Assembly (NCBI GenBank): GCA_016190445.1
Contig: JACPQL010000008.1
Coordinates: 3,139 to 67,138 of the forward strand
Direction of reading: 5' to 3'
Length of the DNA: 64,000 bases
DNA from: Chloroflexota bacterium
GTDB lineage: Bacteria; Chloroflexota; Dehalococcoidia; Lucifugimonadales; JACPQL01
Under the pieces are notes generated by a model. The model saw only the letters and a program-made list of their open reading frames with translations, made no database searches and was not told where the DNA came from. The position numbers and the translations under genes were made by a program. Each line of letters opens with the position of its first letter. Position 1 is the stretch's first letter. This document shows, piece by piece, positions 38,104-46,189 of this stretch.

Positions 38104-38817
38104 GTGACAGAGAGCAGGCGCAGGGGAGCGGGGTGGGGGACGCTGCTTCAAGAGGCGTGGCTGCCGCTGGCAGCAGCGCTGATGCTGGCGGACCTGGCCC
38201 TCATCTTTCTCTGGGTGCCCACCGACGCAACGATGGGGATCGTGCAGCGGGTGTTCTACTTCCACGTGCCATCGGCGTGGGTGGGGTTCCTGGCCTTCTT
38301 TGTGGTGTTTGTGGGGAGCATAGCCTATCTGGTAAAGCCGGCCCCCCGCTGGGATGCCCTGGCGCACTCCGCCGCCGAGATCGGTACCCTATTCATGACC
38401 ATTGTCCTGATCACGGGGCCCATATGGGCCAGGCCCGTGTGGGGGGTGTGGTGGACATGGTCGCCCCAGCTCACCACCTCCCTCATCCTGTGGCTCATCT
38501 ACGTTGCCTACCTCATGCTGCGGGCCTATGCGCCCACCCAGCAGCAGGCAGCCAGATATTCCGCCGTGCTGGGCATCATCGGCTTTGTGGACGTGCCGAT
38601 AATATACTTTGCCGCTATACTCTGGCGTGATATTCATCCGGAGAAGGTGGTGGGCCCCATGGCCGAGCGAGGCAGCCTGGCGCCGGAGATGCTGTTTGTC
38701 TTCCTTTTCTCAGTGCTCACCTTCACCGTGCTGTTCGTGATGTTTCTCCAGCAGCGCCTCACTGTACGCAGAGCAGAGGACACGCTGGCGCAAGCGCGGC
38801 GTGCCAGCTCGCGGTGA
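38104..38817 (+). CDS. ccmC: Heme exporter protein C (cytochrome c assembly)
   Basis: Trp-rich heme-handling motif WARPVWGVWWTWSPQ and flanking His residues. Confidence 0.85.
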   Translation: MTESRRRGAGWGTLLQEAWLPLAAALMLADLALIFLWVPTDATMGIVQRVFYFHVPSAWVGFLAFFVVFVGSIAYLVKPAPRWDALAHSAAEIGTLFMTIVLITGPIWARPVWGVWWTWSPQLTTSLILWLIYVAYLMLRAYAPTQQQAARYSAVLGIIGFVDVPIIYFAAILWRDIHPEKVVGPMAERGSLAPEMLFVFLFSVLTFTVLFVMFLQQRLTVRRAEDTLAQARRASSR

Positions 38818-38828
38818 GAGGAGGGGCT

Positions 38829-38997
38829 TATGCCTGACCGAAACCTGGCCTACCTCTTCGCCGCCTTCGCAGTGACCTGGGCTGCATTCTTTGCATACGT
38901 TTTCTACCTGGCGGTCAAGAACAGGGAGCTGCGCCGAGAGATCGAACTCCTGCGCAAGCTCCTGGAGGAGAGAGACGAGTCGCCCTCCTCCCACTAG
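38829..38997 (+). pseudogene. ccmD: CcmD-family small membrane protein, reading frame broken by one extra G in a G4 run
   Basis: ATG 38829 encodes MPDRNLAYLFAAFAVTW. After the G run at 38878-38881, the CcmD-like continuation AAFFAYVFYLAVKNRELRREIELLRKLLEERDESPSSH lies in the +1 frame and ends at TAG 38995-38997. Confidence 0.5.
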
Positions 38998-39062
38998 AAG
39001 GCTACTGAAAAAGGAGTCCTTCGGCGATCTGCTAGGTGGTGTCCCCGAAGTTCGTTGCCAAA

Positions 39063-39190
39063 GTCATTGCGAGGCCCGATGGTTCGAGGTCCTCACCACA
39101 AGCTCCGGAGGGCCGTGGCAATCCGGTGACGGGGTCCACCCCTCCAGATTGCTTCGTCGTCCCGATGTCATCGGGACTCCTCGCAATGAC
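39063..39190. repeat. MITE/REP-like element with 12-nt terminal inverted repeats
   Basis: gtcattgcgagg at 39063-39074 and cctcgcaatgac at 39179-39190. Contains an internal gtcccgatgtcatcgggac hairpin shared with 26211-26243 and 59208-59227. Confidence 0.65.
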
Positions 39191-39273
39191 AATTCGCAAG
39201 CATGTTTCAGAAACAGGACACTAGGTGGTGAGAGAGCCTGTCGGGGCCTTGGCCGCCCAAGCGGAGTAACCAT

Positions 39274-39906
39274 ATGGTCGCCTGGAGGACGCTGGCCCTT
39301 TCACTGCTCCTGACGCTGGCCGCAGCCGCCTGTGCCCAGGGGGAGCTAACTCCAACGCCCACTCCCCGACCTTCCACTCTCGTCCCCCCGGACGCCCACT
39401 CCCAGGGAGAGGTGGGGGCACCAGTCACAGTGGTGGAGTTCTCGGACTTCCAGTGACCCTACTGCCGCGACTTCGCCCTCGGGTCAGGGCGAAAGATGGT
39501 AGAGGAGTTCGTGACCGCGGGCCGGGTCCGCTTCGTGTACCGGCACTACGCCTTCCTGGGCCGGGAGTCGGTGCGGGCCGCCGAGGCTGCGGAGTGCGCC
39601 GCCGAGCAAGGCCGCTTCTGGGAGTACCACGACACCCTCTTCTCCAACTGGGGTGGAGAGAACCGCGGCGCCTTCAGTGATGACCGTCTGAAGAGGTTCG
39701 CCGCTGCCCTGGGTCTGGACCGGGAGAAGTTCAACTCCTGTTTGGACAGCGGCCGATACTCTTATCGAGTGGGGGCGGACAACAGGGATGCCCAGGTCAC
39801 CGGTGTCCGCGGCACCCCCACCGTGTTCGTCAACAATACGCAGGTGGGGAACCCCCTGGACTACTCCCAGTTGAGACGCGCCATCCTCGCCGCTCTCCCG
39901 CGCTAA
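39274..39906 (+). CDS. DsbA-family thiol:disulfide oxidoreductase lipoprotein, candidate selenoprotein (TGA 39454-39456 read as Sec in a UxxC motif)
   Basis: Two track ORFs (39274-39456 and 39496-39906) share one frame with no other stop between them. The joined translation reads VTVVEFSDFQ-[TGA]-PYC, matching the DsbA FSDFQCPYC active site. Downstream sequence is DsbA-like throughout (GRFWEYHDTLF, GVRGTPTVFVN). Lipobox LAAAAC plus a PT tether. Confidence 0.7.
39472..39493 (+). promoter_or_regulatory. SECIS-like stem-loop downstream of the in-frame TGA
   Basis: ttcgccct-cgggtc-agggcgaa forms a perfect 8-bp stem with a 6-nt loop containing GGUC. The stem begins 15 nt after the TGA and the loop 23 nt after it. 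Confidence 0.55.
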
Positions 39907-40160
39907 GAAGACTCCGGCTTATCCCGCGTCACACCTCCAGCGCCACGGGTGCTCTCCCGCCACGGGTCCGCCCTCACCCCCTACATACCCCAGTATGCAT
40001 ATCAGCGGGTACCCCAACAGTATCCGTCAGGACGTAGAGCCCCTAGGAGGCACCAGCATATCCTGATGCCACGCGGGCCACAGCTTTGAGAGGGGAGCCG
40101 GTGAAAAAGCGTTAGCGCCCGTGACAAGAGCGCAACCCGAACCCGAGGAAGGAGGCACCT

Positions 40161-40367
40161 ATGGCAGTAGAGAAGTCTATGGCATCGGCCAGCCTGGCAG
40201 AGGTCGTGGACCGGATCCTGGACAAGGGCGTCGTAGTAGACGCCTGGGTCCGCGTCAGCCTGGTAGGCATCGAGATCCTGGCCATCGAGGCCAGGGCGGT
40301 GGTGTCCGGTGTAGACACGTTCCTGAAGTACGCCGAGGCTGTGGGATTGACGGCGGCAGCCGCCTAA
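40161..40367 (+). CDS. gvpA: Gas vesicle structural protein GvpA
   Basis: 68 aa with [52 protein letters not shown], a near-canonical GvpA core. GAAGGAGG RBS. Confidence 0.95.
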   Translation: MAVEKSMASASLAEVVDRILDKGVVVDAWVRVSLVGIEILAIEARAVVSGVDTFLKYAEAVGLTAAAA

Positions 40368-40538
40368 GCCCCGCGCACCCAAGTGGGCTCCGGGTGGCCC
40401 CCAAGCACGCCTGGCACCGCCGGGCTCCCCTCCTCCCCAAGGAGACTTAACCTCCTGACGGTACACCCCCTGAAGGGATGCTGATGAGGCAGCGGGCTGA
40501 AGAGGCCACCCGGAGACTGGAATGAAAGGAGGACGGCA

Positions 40539-40937
40539 ATGCCAGCGGCAGAAGAGATGAAAAAGGTGGTGCAGGAGATTATCGGCGCGTACGACACCAG
40601 GGCGGCGGAGGGCGCGTCGCTGCGAGGACAGGTGTCCGACCAGAGGCAGGCAGCCCAGTCGCAACTCCACCAGATGGCCCGAGCCCATCTCACCATGGCC
40701 AAGGAGCAACGGGCCGACCTAACCAGGGAACATACCCACCTGACACGGGCAGGGGCCCAGCGCCGCGCCGATGTTGGCGCCTGGATGAAGCAGGTGACCA
40801 CGGACCACAGGGAGGCCAGAGCGGCGTGGCAACAGATGGGTTGCACCCTGCGAGAAAAGAGGGGAGGCGCCAGTGCCCTGGCCGCCGCACCCGTGTTGGA
40901 GGCCCCGGAGATAACGCCAAGGTCACGGAAGGGCTAG
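40539..40937 (+). CDS. Hypothetical helical protein in the gvpC position (between gvpA and gvpN)
   Basis: 132 aa, R/Q/A-rich and predicted helical, with an AAAGGAGG RBS. No 33-residue GvpC-type repeats visible. Confidence 0.5.
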   Translation: MPAAEEMKKVVQEIIGAYDTRAAEGASLRGQVSDQRQAAQSQLHQMARAHLTMAKEQRADLTREHTHLTRAGAQRRADVGAWMKQVTTDHREARAAWQQMGCTLREKRGGASALAAAPVLEAPEITPRSRKG

Positions 40938-41028
40938 CCGGGCTCCTGGGAGAACCGGGCGTGTGGGCCCCTTTTAGGGAATACGGGGCCTCGTCTGCTC
41001 CGCCATCGAGAAAGAAGGAGTTGAGCCG

Positions 41029-41949
41029 ATGACAACGGCCATGGACGGGCGAATGACCCTCCTGGAGCCCCGGGCACTGCCCAATTTTGTCGAGACCCCG
41101 TTTGTCCAGGGGATCGTGGAACGCGCTCTGACCTACGTCGCAGCCGGCTTCCCCATCCACTTCAGGGGAGCCTCGGGCACAGGGAAGACCACCCTGGCCA
41201 TGCACGTGGCCGCCAAGCTGGGCCGCCCCGTGGTGATGATCCACGGGGACGAAGAGTTCTCCACCTCTGACCTGGTGGGCGGCAAGCACGGGTACCGGAT
41301 GCGGAGGGTGATAGACAACTTCATCCACTCTGTCCTGAAGACAGAGGAGGACATGACTCAGAGGTGGGTAGACAACCGGCTGACGGTGGCCGCCCAGCAC
41401 GGTTTCACCTTCATATACGACGAGTTCACCCGCTCCCGGCCCGAGGCCAACAACGTGCTCCTTTCGGTGCTTCAGGAGCGGATGCTAGACCTGCCCCCCG
41501 CCAGGGAGGGAGAGAGCTACCTCCGGGTCCACCCCGACTTCGCCGCCATCTTCACCAGCAACCCAGAGGAATACGCAGGCGTGTATCGCAGCCAGGATGC
41601 TCTCAGGGACAGGATGATCACTCTTGACTTGGGGTGCTTCGACGAGGAGACGGAGGTGGCCATCACCCAGGCCAGGTCCGGCCTGGAGAGCGCCGATGCC
41701 GAGAAGATCGTGCGGGTCGTCCGCGGCCTGCGGGACTCCGGAGTGTGCGAGTTCGCCCCTACCGTGCGAGGCTGCATCATGGTGGCCAGAGCCATAAAGG
41801 TGCAAGGCGGGGCCGTCACTGCTGAAGACGCTCAATTCCAGCACCTGTGCCAGGACATCCTGGCCTCGGAATCATCCCGAGGTGGCGGAGAGAGCCAGAC
41901 ATCGAGGGTAAGAGAGGTGCTGGACAGCCTCATCGCCCGCTATTGCTAG
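41029..41949 (+). CDS. gvpN: Gas vesicle protein GvpN (AAA+ ATPase)
   Basis: Walker A GASGTGKTT, Walker B FIYDEFTRS, and typical GvpN length and context. Confidence 0.9.
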   Translation: MTTAMDGRMTLLEPRALPNFVETPFVQGIVERALTYVAAGFPIHFRGASGTGKTTLAMHVAAKLGRPVVMIHGDEEFSTSDLVGGKHGYRMRRVIDNFIHSVLKTEEDMTQRWVDNRLTVAAQHGFTFIYDEFTRSRPEANNVLLSVLQERMLDLPPAREGESYLRVHPDFAAIFTSNPEEYAGVYRSQDALRDRMITLDLGCFDEETEVAITQARSGLESADAEKIVRVVRGLRDSGVCEFAPTVRGCIMVARAIKVQGGAVTAEDAQFQHLCQDILASESSRGGGESQTSRVREVLDSLIARYC

Positions 41950-41961
41950 CCGGAGGAGAGC

Positions 41962-42306
41962 ATGAAACGTGTGACAGAGCTGAAAGCGCTGGGTGACATA
42001 AGGACCGCCGTAAGGGCTCGCATCCACTCCAAGACACCCCAAAAGGGGACAGCCCACCGGGACCTCTACCTCCTCAGCAAGGAGAAGGACAGGCTGGAAA
42101 AGGGGCTAGCCCGCCTTGACCGGGAGCGCAAACGCATCCTGGATCACCTGGTAGAGACCTTCAAGGCCCTGGGAAAGCTCCAGCAGAAGGCGCGAGGGGA
42201 GTTGGAGGCCCTGGAGACCACCTCTGAGCCGGCAGAGTGCAACAGGCCGGCGACGGCTTCCCAACACCCGCGGGGGCGTTGGAGGACCGTGCCCTTGGAC
42301 TACTAG
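41962..42306 (+). CDS. Small coiled-coil protein after gvpN (possibly GvpV-like by position)
   Basis: 114 aa with DLYLLSKEKDRLEKGLARLDRERKRILDHL and a GGAGGAG RBS. The GvpV assignment rests only on synteny with gvpN-gvpV arrangements known in other clusters. Confidence 0.45.
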   Translation: MKRVTELKALGDIRTAVRARIHSKTPQKGTAHRDLYLLSKEKDRLEKGLARLDRERKRILDHLVETFKALGKLQQKARGELEALETTSEPAECNRPATASQHPRGRWRTVPLDY

Positions 42307-42337
42307 AACCTAGTGCCAGAAAAGCACGGTATCACGA

Positions 42338-42434
42338 CCCGCTCATGGTTCGACAAGCTCACCATGAGCCGCTCGCCCTTCGACAGGTCCGACTGTGCCG
42401 AGACTCCGATGAAGTCGGAGCTCAGGGTGAGCGG
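42338..42434. repeat. REP-like unit of the 'gctcatggt...accatgagc' family inside the gvp cluster
   Basis: Hairpins gctcatggt/accatgagc and ctccga/tcggag. Homologous to 54839-54915 and partly to 1585-1650. Confidence 0.75.
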
Positions 42435-42488
42435 CTGTCGGTGACGCCGATTTAGGACAGCAAGTACTAGCAGCGTGAGGCTGAGCGG

Positions 42489-43550
42489 ATGACCCAGACC
42501 TACCTCTACAGCATCATAGACGGCGGCGCCCAGGGTGCCCTCGGCGTCGCCGGTGTGGATGGCACCAGCCCCGTGCGCACGCTGGCGCACGACGGCCTGG
42601 GGTGCGTGGTGAGTGACTACCCGGGCGAGGAGTTCAACGCCCTCTCCAGGGAGGAGGTGGTGCGACACCTCCTTGCCCACCAGCGGGTAGCCGAGCACCT
42701 CATGCGAGACCATACCGTGCTCCCGGTCAGGTTCGGCACGTTACTGAATAGCCCCCAGGAGGCGCTGGCCCTCCTGTCCCAGGGCCGCCCGGTCTTTGCG
42801 GAGGCCATGGCCTCTACCCGGGACAGGGTAGAGCTGGAGGTGGCCGCCACGTGGGACGCCAATCGTGTGCTTCGGGAGACCGCCACAGATGAGGAGGTGG
42901 CACGTGCCAGAGAGGCGCTGCCCAGGGAGCCGGAGCGGCAGACCCTGGAGCAGCGAGTCCGTCTGGGCCAGACCGTCAAAGCGTGCATGGACAGGCGCCG
43001 GGACACCTATCGGGACCGTATGGTGGACTTTCTCAGGCCCCTCGCCGTGGATGTGGCCGCCAACACCCTGGTCTCGGACGAGATGGTGATGAACGTGGCC
43101 CTGCTGATTGAGCGGAGCCGCCAGCCCGAGTTTGAAGCCAGGGTGCACCAGCTCGATGCGCTTTTCCAGAACGAGATCACCTTCCGCGTGATAGGCCCTC
43201 TGCCACCCTACAGCTTCTGCACTGTAGGGGTAACCCGGCTGACCGGGGAGGAGATAGAGGAGGCATGGCGAAGACTCCGCCTGACACAACCCGTCTCCGA
43301 GGCCGAGGTCCGACGGGCCTACCGGCGACTGACGGCCCAGGAGCAACTCCACGGTGGGTTGGTCAGCGACCAACTCCTGCGGCTGAGAGAGGCGTCCGAG
43401 TTGCTCCTTCGCTACTGCCGGGCGCGGAGAGTCGGGGCGCACCCCGAGGATAGCGCCCCTCTGTTTGACATCGAGGTCATCCGCAGAAGGAGCAATGAGG
43501 TCCGGCCCTCCCAGTTCGGGGCGGCGATTGCCAGGAGTGCAGTGGCCTGA
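42489..43550 (+). CDS. gvpL: GvpL/GvpF family protein with a C-terminal extension of about 105 aa (degenerate J-domain-like)
   Basis: N-terminus YLYSIIDG...GCVVSDYP...LLAHQRVAEHLMRDHTVLPVRFGT. The core ends at GPLPPYSFC (43220), and an extra domain follows. Confidence 0.85.
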   Translation: MTQTYLYSIIDGGAQGALGVAGVDGTSPVRTLAHDGLGCVVSDYPGEEFNALSREEVVRHLLAHQRVAEHLMRDHTVLPVRFGTLLNSPQEALALLSQGRPVFAEAMASTRDRVELEVAATWDANRVLRETATDEEVARAREALPREPERQTLEQRVRLGQTVKACMDRRRDTYRDRMVDFLRPLAVDVAANTLVSDEMVMNVALLIERSRQPEFEARVHQLDALFQNEITFRVIGPLPPYSFCTVGVTRLTGEEIEEAWRRLRLTQPVSEAEVRRAYRRLTAQEQLHGGLVSDQLLRLREASELLLRYCRARRVGAHPEDSAPLFDIEVIRRRSNEVRPSQFGAAIARSAVA

Positions 43551-44323
43551 TGACCCAGCCAGGAAGATACCTCTACTGCATCATCCGCTGCTCCGAGGAG
43601 CGCGCCTTTGAGGGCGTGGCACCCATCGGGGGGGCCGATGCCGCGGTGTACACCGTCCCCCACGGCGCCCTCGCCATGGTGGTCAGCGACTCGGCCACAA
43701 GGGAGTACGAGGCTACCCGGGCCAACATGCTGGCCCACGAGCGTGTCCAGGAGAGGGTCCTGCGGGAGTTCACCCTCCTCCCCGTCCGGTTCGGGACGGT
43801 GGCTAACTCCACAGCACCCGTCCACGAAATCCAGAGGCTCCTGGAGAAGAGGTCCCCGGAGTTTGACCGGCTCCTTTTGGAGATGGAGGGGAAAGTGGAG
43901 CTGGGCATCAAGGCCCTATGGAGAAACGAGAAGGTCATCTTTGAGGAGGTCCTGGCCGAGAACCCCCGCCTCAGACGGCTCCGCAACTCGCTGATGGGAA
44001 AACCTCCTGAGGTGGTCCGGCGGGAGGGCGTACCGCTGGGAGAAGGCGTGAAAGCGGCGCTGGAGCAGAAAAAGAGCGCCGAGGCGGCCACCATCGTGGC
44101 CCCGCTGGGCCGGATTGCACGCCGCGTACAGGCGGACCAGACCACGGTGGACCGGATGATAGTCAACACCGCCTTCCTGGTTGACCAGGAGCGGCAAGAG
44201 GAGTTCGACCGACAGGTGGCCCTTCTGGACACGGAGCTGGGGCCGCGAGTCCTCTTCAAGTACGTCGGGCCAGTGCCGCCATACAACTTCGTCAACATTG
44301 TGGTGAACTGGGACGAGGTGTGA
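43550..44323 (+). CDS. gvpF: Gas vesicle protein GvpF
   Basis: RYLYCIIRC...LAMVVSD...MLAHERVQERVLREFTLLPVRFGTV...GPVPPYNF. 1-nt overlap (TGATG) with the preceding gene. Confidence 0.9.
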   Translation: MTQPGRYLYCIIRCSEERAFEGVAPIGGADAAVYTVPHGALAMVVSDSATREYEATRANMLAHERVQERVLREFTLLPVRFGTVANSTAPVHEIQRLLEKRSPEFDRLLLEMEGKVELGIKALWRNEKVIFEEVLAENPRLRRLRNSLMGKPPEVVRREGVPLGEGVKAALEQKKSAEAATIVAPLGRIARRVQADQTTVDRMIVNTAFLVDQERQEEFDRQVALLDTELGPRVLFKYVGPVPPYNFVNIVVNWDEV

Positions 44324-44335
44324 AGGAGCGACCGG

Positions 44336-44587
44336 ATGGGGCTTTTCCGGAACCTGCTGATGCTGCCGATGCTGGGGGCTCCCCAAATGGTCCACTGGCT
44401 CGCCGGAACCCTCGCCGAGGAGGCGGAGCGCCGTGCATTGGATGACGTGAGCGTGCGGGGCGAGCTCCTGGAACTACAGCGCCAATATGACGCCGGCGAG
44501 ATGGAAGAGGCGGAGTATGACCGTCAGGAGAGGACTCTGCTAGAGAGGCTCAGCGCCATTCGGGAGGCCAAGGCACAGCGGAGCTAG
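44336..44587 (+). CDS. gvpG: Gas vesicle protein GvpG
   Basis: 83 aa. Hydrophobic N-terminus LPMLGAPQMVHWLAGTLAEEAE followed by LLELQRQYDAGEMEEAEYDRQERTLLERL, typical of GvpG. Confidence 0.85.
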   Translation: MGLFRNLLMLPMLGAPQMVHWLAGTLAEEAERRALDDVSVRGELLELQRQYDAGEMEEAEYDRQERTLLERLSAIREAKAQRS

Positions 44588-44598
44588 AGAGGAGCCAG

Positions 44599-44904
44599 AT
44601 GGAGACCGCGATAGCTACAGAGATGGCGCAAAGCGCCAAGCCCAAACTTGCAGACCTTGTGCAGAAGGCCAGGGCCCAGTTGGCCGAGGTGACCGGCCTC
44701 AAGCCCGTGGCTGTGACGGCGGTTTCCAAGGACCATGACCTCTGGCACATCAGGGTGGAGATGCTGGAGATGTCCAGAATACCCACCGCCACCGATGTGC
44801 TGGGGGAGTATGAGGTGCTCCTGGCGGAGGACGGCGGCATGGTGAGGTTTGAGCGAAAGCGCACCAGGCTTCGGGGCGCGCCCACGGAGATGGAGAAGGA
44901 GTAA
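44599..44904 (+). CDS. gvpO: Gas vesicle protein GvpO
   Basis: 101 aa. The pattern WHIRVEMLEMSRIPTATDVLGEYEVLLAEDGGMVRFERKR matches the GvpO core. Confidence 0.75.
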   Translation: METAIATEMAQSAKPKLADLVQKARAQLAEVTGLKPVAVTAVSKDHDLWHIRVEMLEMSRIPTATDVLGEYEVLLAEDGGMVRFERKRTRLRGAPTEMEKE

Positions 44905-44910
44905 GGAAAG

Positions 44911-45189
44911 ATGGCGTCGCAGTTGGAGAGGGATAGCACCGGCACCCTGGCTGACGTCATAGACCGGATCCTGGACAAGGGCCTGGTCATCAATGCCGAC
45001 ATCCGGGTGAGCGTCGTGGGGGTGGAGCTCTTGGACATCCGAGTCCGAGCGGCCCTGGCCTCCTTCGAGACTGCGGCGCTGTACGGCCTGGAGTTCCCGT
45101 CGGGGACCAGGCTGCCGGAGGCGGTGGGCCAGGCCCGGCCCTCGGCCTCCCGAAACGGCGCAGCGCTGGCCCACGTCCCTGAGCTGTAG
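44911..45189 (+). CDS. gvpJ: Gas vesicle protein GvpJ (GvpA family)
   Basis: [43 protein letters not shown], which is a GvpA/J-type core. Confidence 0.85.
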   Translation: MASQLERDSTGTLADVIDRILDKGLVINADIRVSVVGVELLDIRVRAALASFETAALYGLEFPSGTRLPEAVGQARPSASRNGAALAHVPEL

Positions 45190-45260
45190 CCGTGGTGGGC
45201 TGCGGACACGAACAGGGTTGTGCCGCCACGATAAGAGGGCCGTAGTAGGAGGTGTGACCT

Positions 45261-45863
45261 ATGGACGACAAAAAGGGACAGCCGGACCCTGGCGCTCTTC
45301 TTGGCGGGACATTGAACATCCTCGGCCTCAAGCTAGACCTGGGGGAGCTGCTGGGCTCCCAGGGGGGACTCACCGAGCGTCTGGAGGAGCTGCGAGAGAG
45401 GCTGAAGGCCGCTGGAGGGAGAGAGTCACTCTCCGACGAGGACTGGAAGCACGGGGGCGCCAGAGTCTCCGGCCACATCCGGACCCGGGGCGCTCTGGGC
45501 GACCAGGAGTACCACATCGGGACAGCGGGCCGGCCACCAAAGAGGGCGGCGCCCACGCCCCAGCCCTCGGAGCCGGTGGAGCCACCTGTTGACGTCTTCG
45601 ATGAGGTTGGCCAGGTAACCATAGTCGCCGATGTCCCAGGGGCCGGCATCGAGGACCTGGAATTGAAGGTGGAAGGGCGTGCATTCTCGCTCGCCACCGG
45701 AGAAAAGGCGCGGCGGAGCTACCACAAGGAGCTCGGCCTTCCCGCTGACGTGGAGCCGGACAGCCTGCGGGCGACGTGCCGCAACGGCGTCCTGGAGGTC
45801 CGCCTGCGAAAGAGGGGAACAAAGGAATCGGGAACAGAGTCCAGTGGTGGCCAGGGCGAGTAG
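45261..45863 (+). CDS. gvpH: Hsp20/alpha-crystallin domain protein, GvpH-like
   Basis: C-terminal ACD: VDVFDEVGQVTIVADVPGAGIEDLELKVEG...RATCRNGVLEVRLRK. Located inside the gvp cluster. Confidence 0.75.
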   Translation: MDDKKGQPDPGALLGGTLNILGLKLDLGELLGSQGGLTERLEELRERLKAAGGRESLSDEDWKHGGARVSGHIRTRGALGDQEYHIGTAGRPPKRAAPTPQPSEPVEPPVDVFDEVGQVTIVADVPGAGIEDLELKVEGRAFSLATGEKARRSYHKELGLPADVEPDSLRATCRNGVLEVRLRKRGTKESGTESSGGQGE

Positions 45864-45866
45864 AGC

Positions 45867-46187
45867 ATGATCCTGGAGCTGAGCGAAGGGGACCTGAAGA
45901 GCGGCGTGCTCAGCCTCGTCGTCGCCCTCGTGGAGATCATCCGTGAGGCGCTGCGACTCCAGGCGGTGAAGCGCATGGAGGGCGGCAGCCTCACGGAGAG
46001 GGAGGTGGAGAGGCTGGGAGAGGCGCTCACTGACCTGGACGCCGCCATCGAGAAGCTAAAGGTCGAGATGGGGATAGCGGAGTCGGTGAAGTCGGTGAGG
46101 GACGGCCTGGACAGCCTGGTGGACGACCTCCTGGACACAATGCTGGCCCCACGACGCTGGGCCCAAGAAGCCCAGCCAGTGCCATAG
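45867..46187 (+). CDS. gvpK: Gas vesicle protein GvpK
   Basis: GVLSLVVALVEIIREALRLQAVKRMEGGSLTEREVERLGEAL, typical of GvpK. Confidence 0.85.
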   Translation: MILELSEGDLKSGVLSLVVALVEIIREALRLQAVKRMEGGSLTEREVERLGEALTDLDAAIEKLKVEMGIAESVKSVRDGLDSLVDDLLDTMLAPRRWAQEAQPVP

Positions 46188-46189
46188 AC

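Noticed and set aside
39063-39190. A ggttcgaggtcc segment resembling a tRNA T-arm, which raised the possibility of a tRNA (even tRNA-Sec) next to the candidate selenoprotein gene.
   Set aside because: No acceptor stem, D-arm or anticodon arm can be folded around it. The segment lies inside an element bounded by 12-nt terminal inverted repeats and shares sub-blocks with other REP units.
38891-39313. 140-aa plus-strand ORF spanning the ccmD-like region and the REP element.
   Set aside because: It is in the wrong frame relative to the CcmD-like peptide. It reads through a MITE-like repeat and has R/S-rich low-complexity sequence.
39454-39456. TGA in the DsbA-like gene read as a plain nonsense mutation, making the gene a pseudogene.
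   Set aside because: This is not fully excluded. It is disfavoured for three reasons: the stop falls exactly on the catalytic Cys codon position, the downstream 150 codons remain intact and DsbA-like, and a SECIS-like hairpin follows at the appropriate distance. It is kept as the alternative hypothesis in the finding.
40002-40709. 235-aa minus-strand ORF spanning the gvpA region.
   Set aside because: It is antisense to the near-canonical gvpA and to the following gene, which has an RBS. It has no domain signature.
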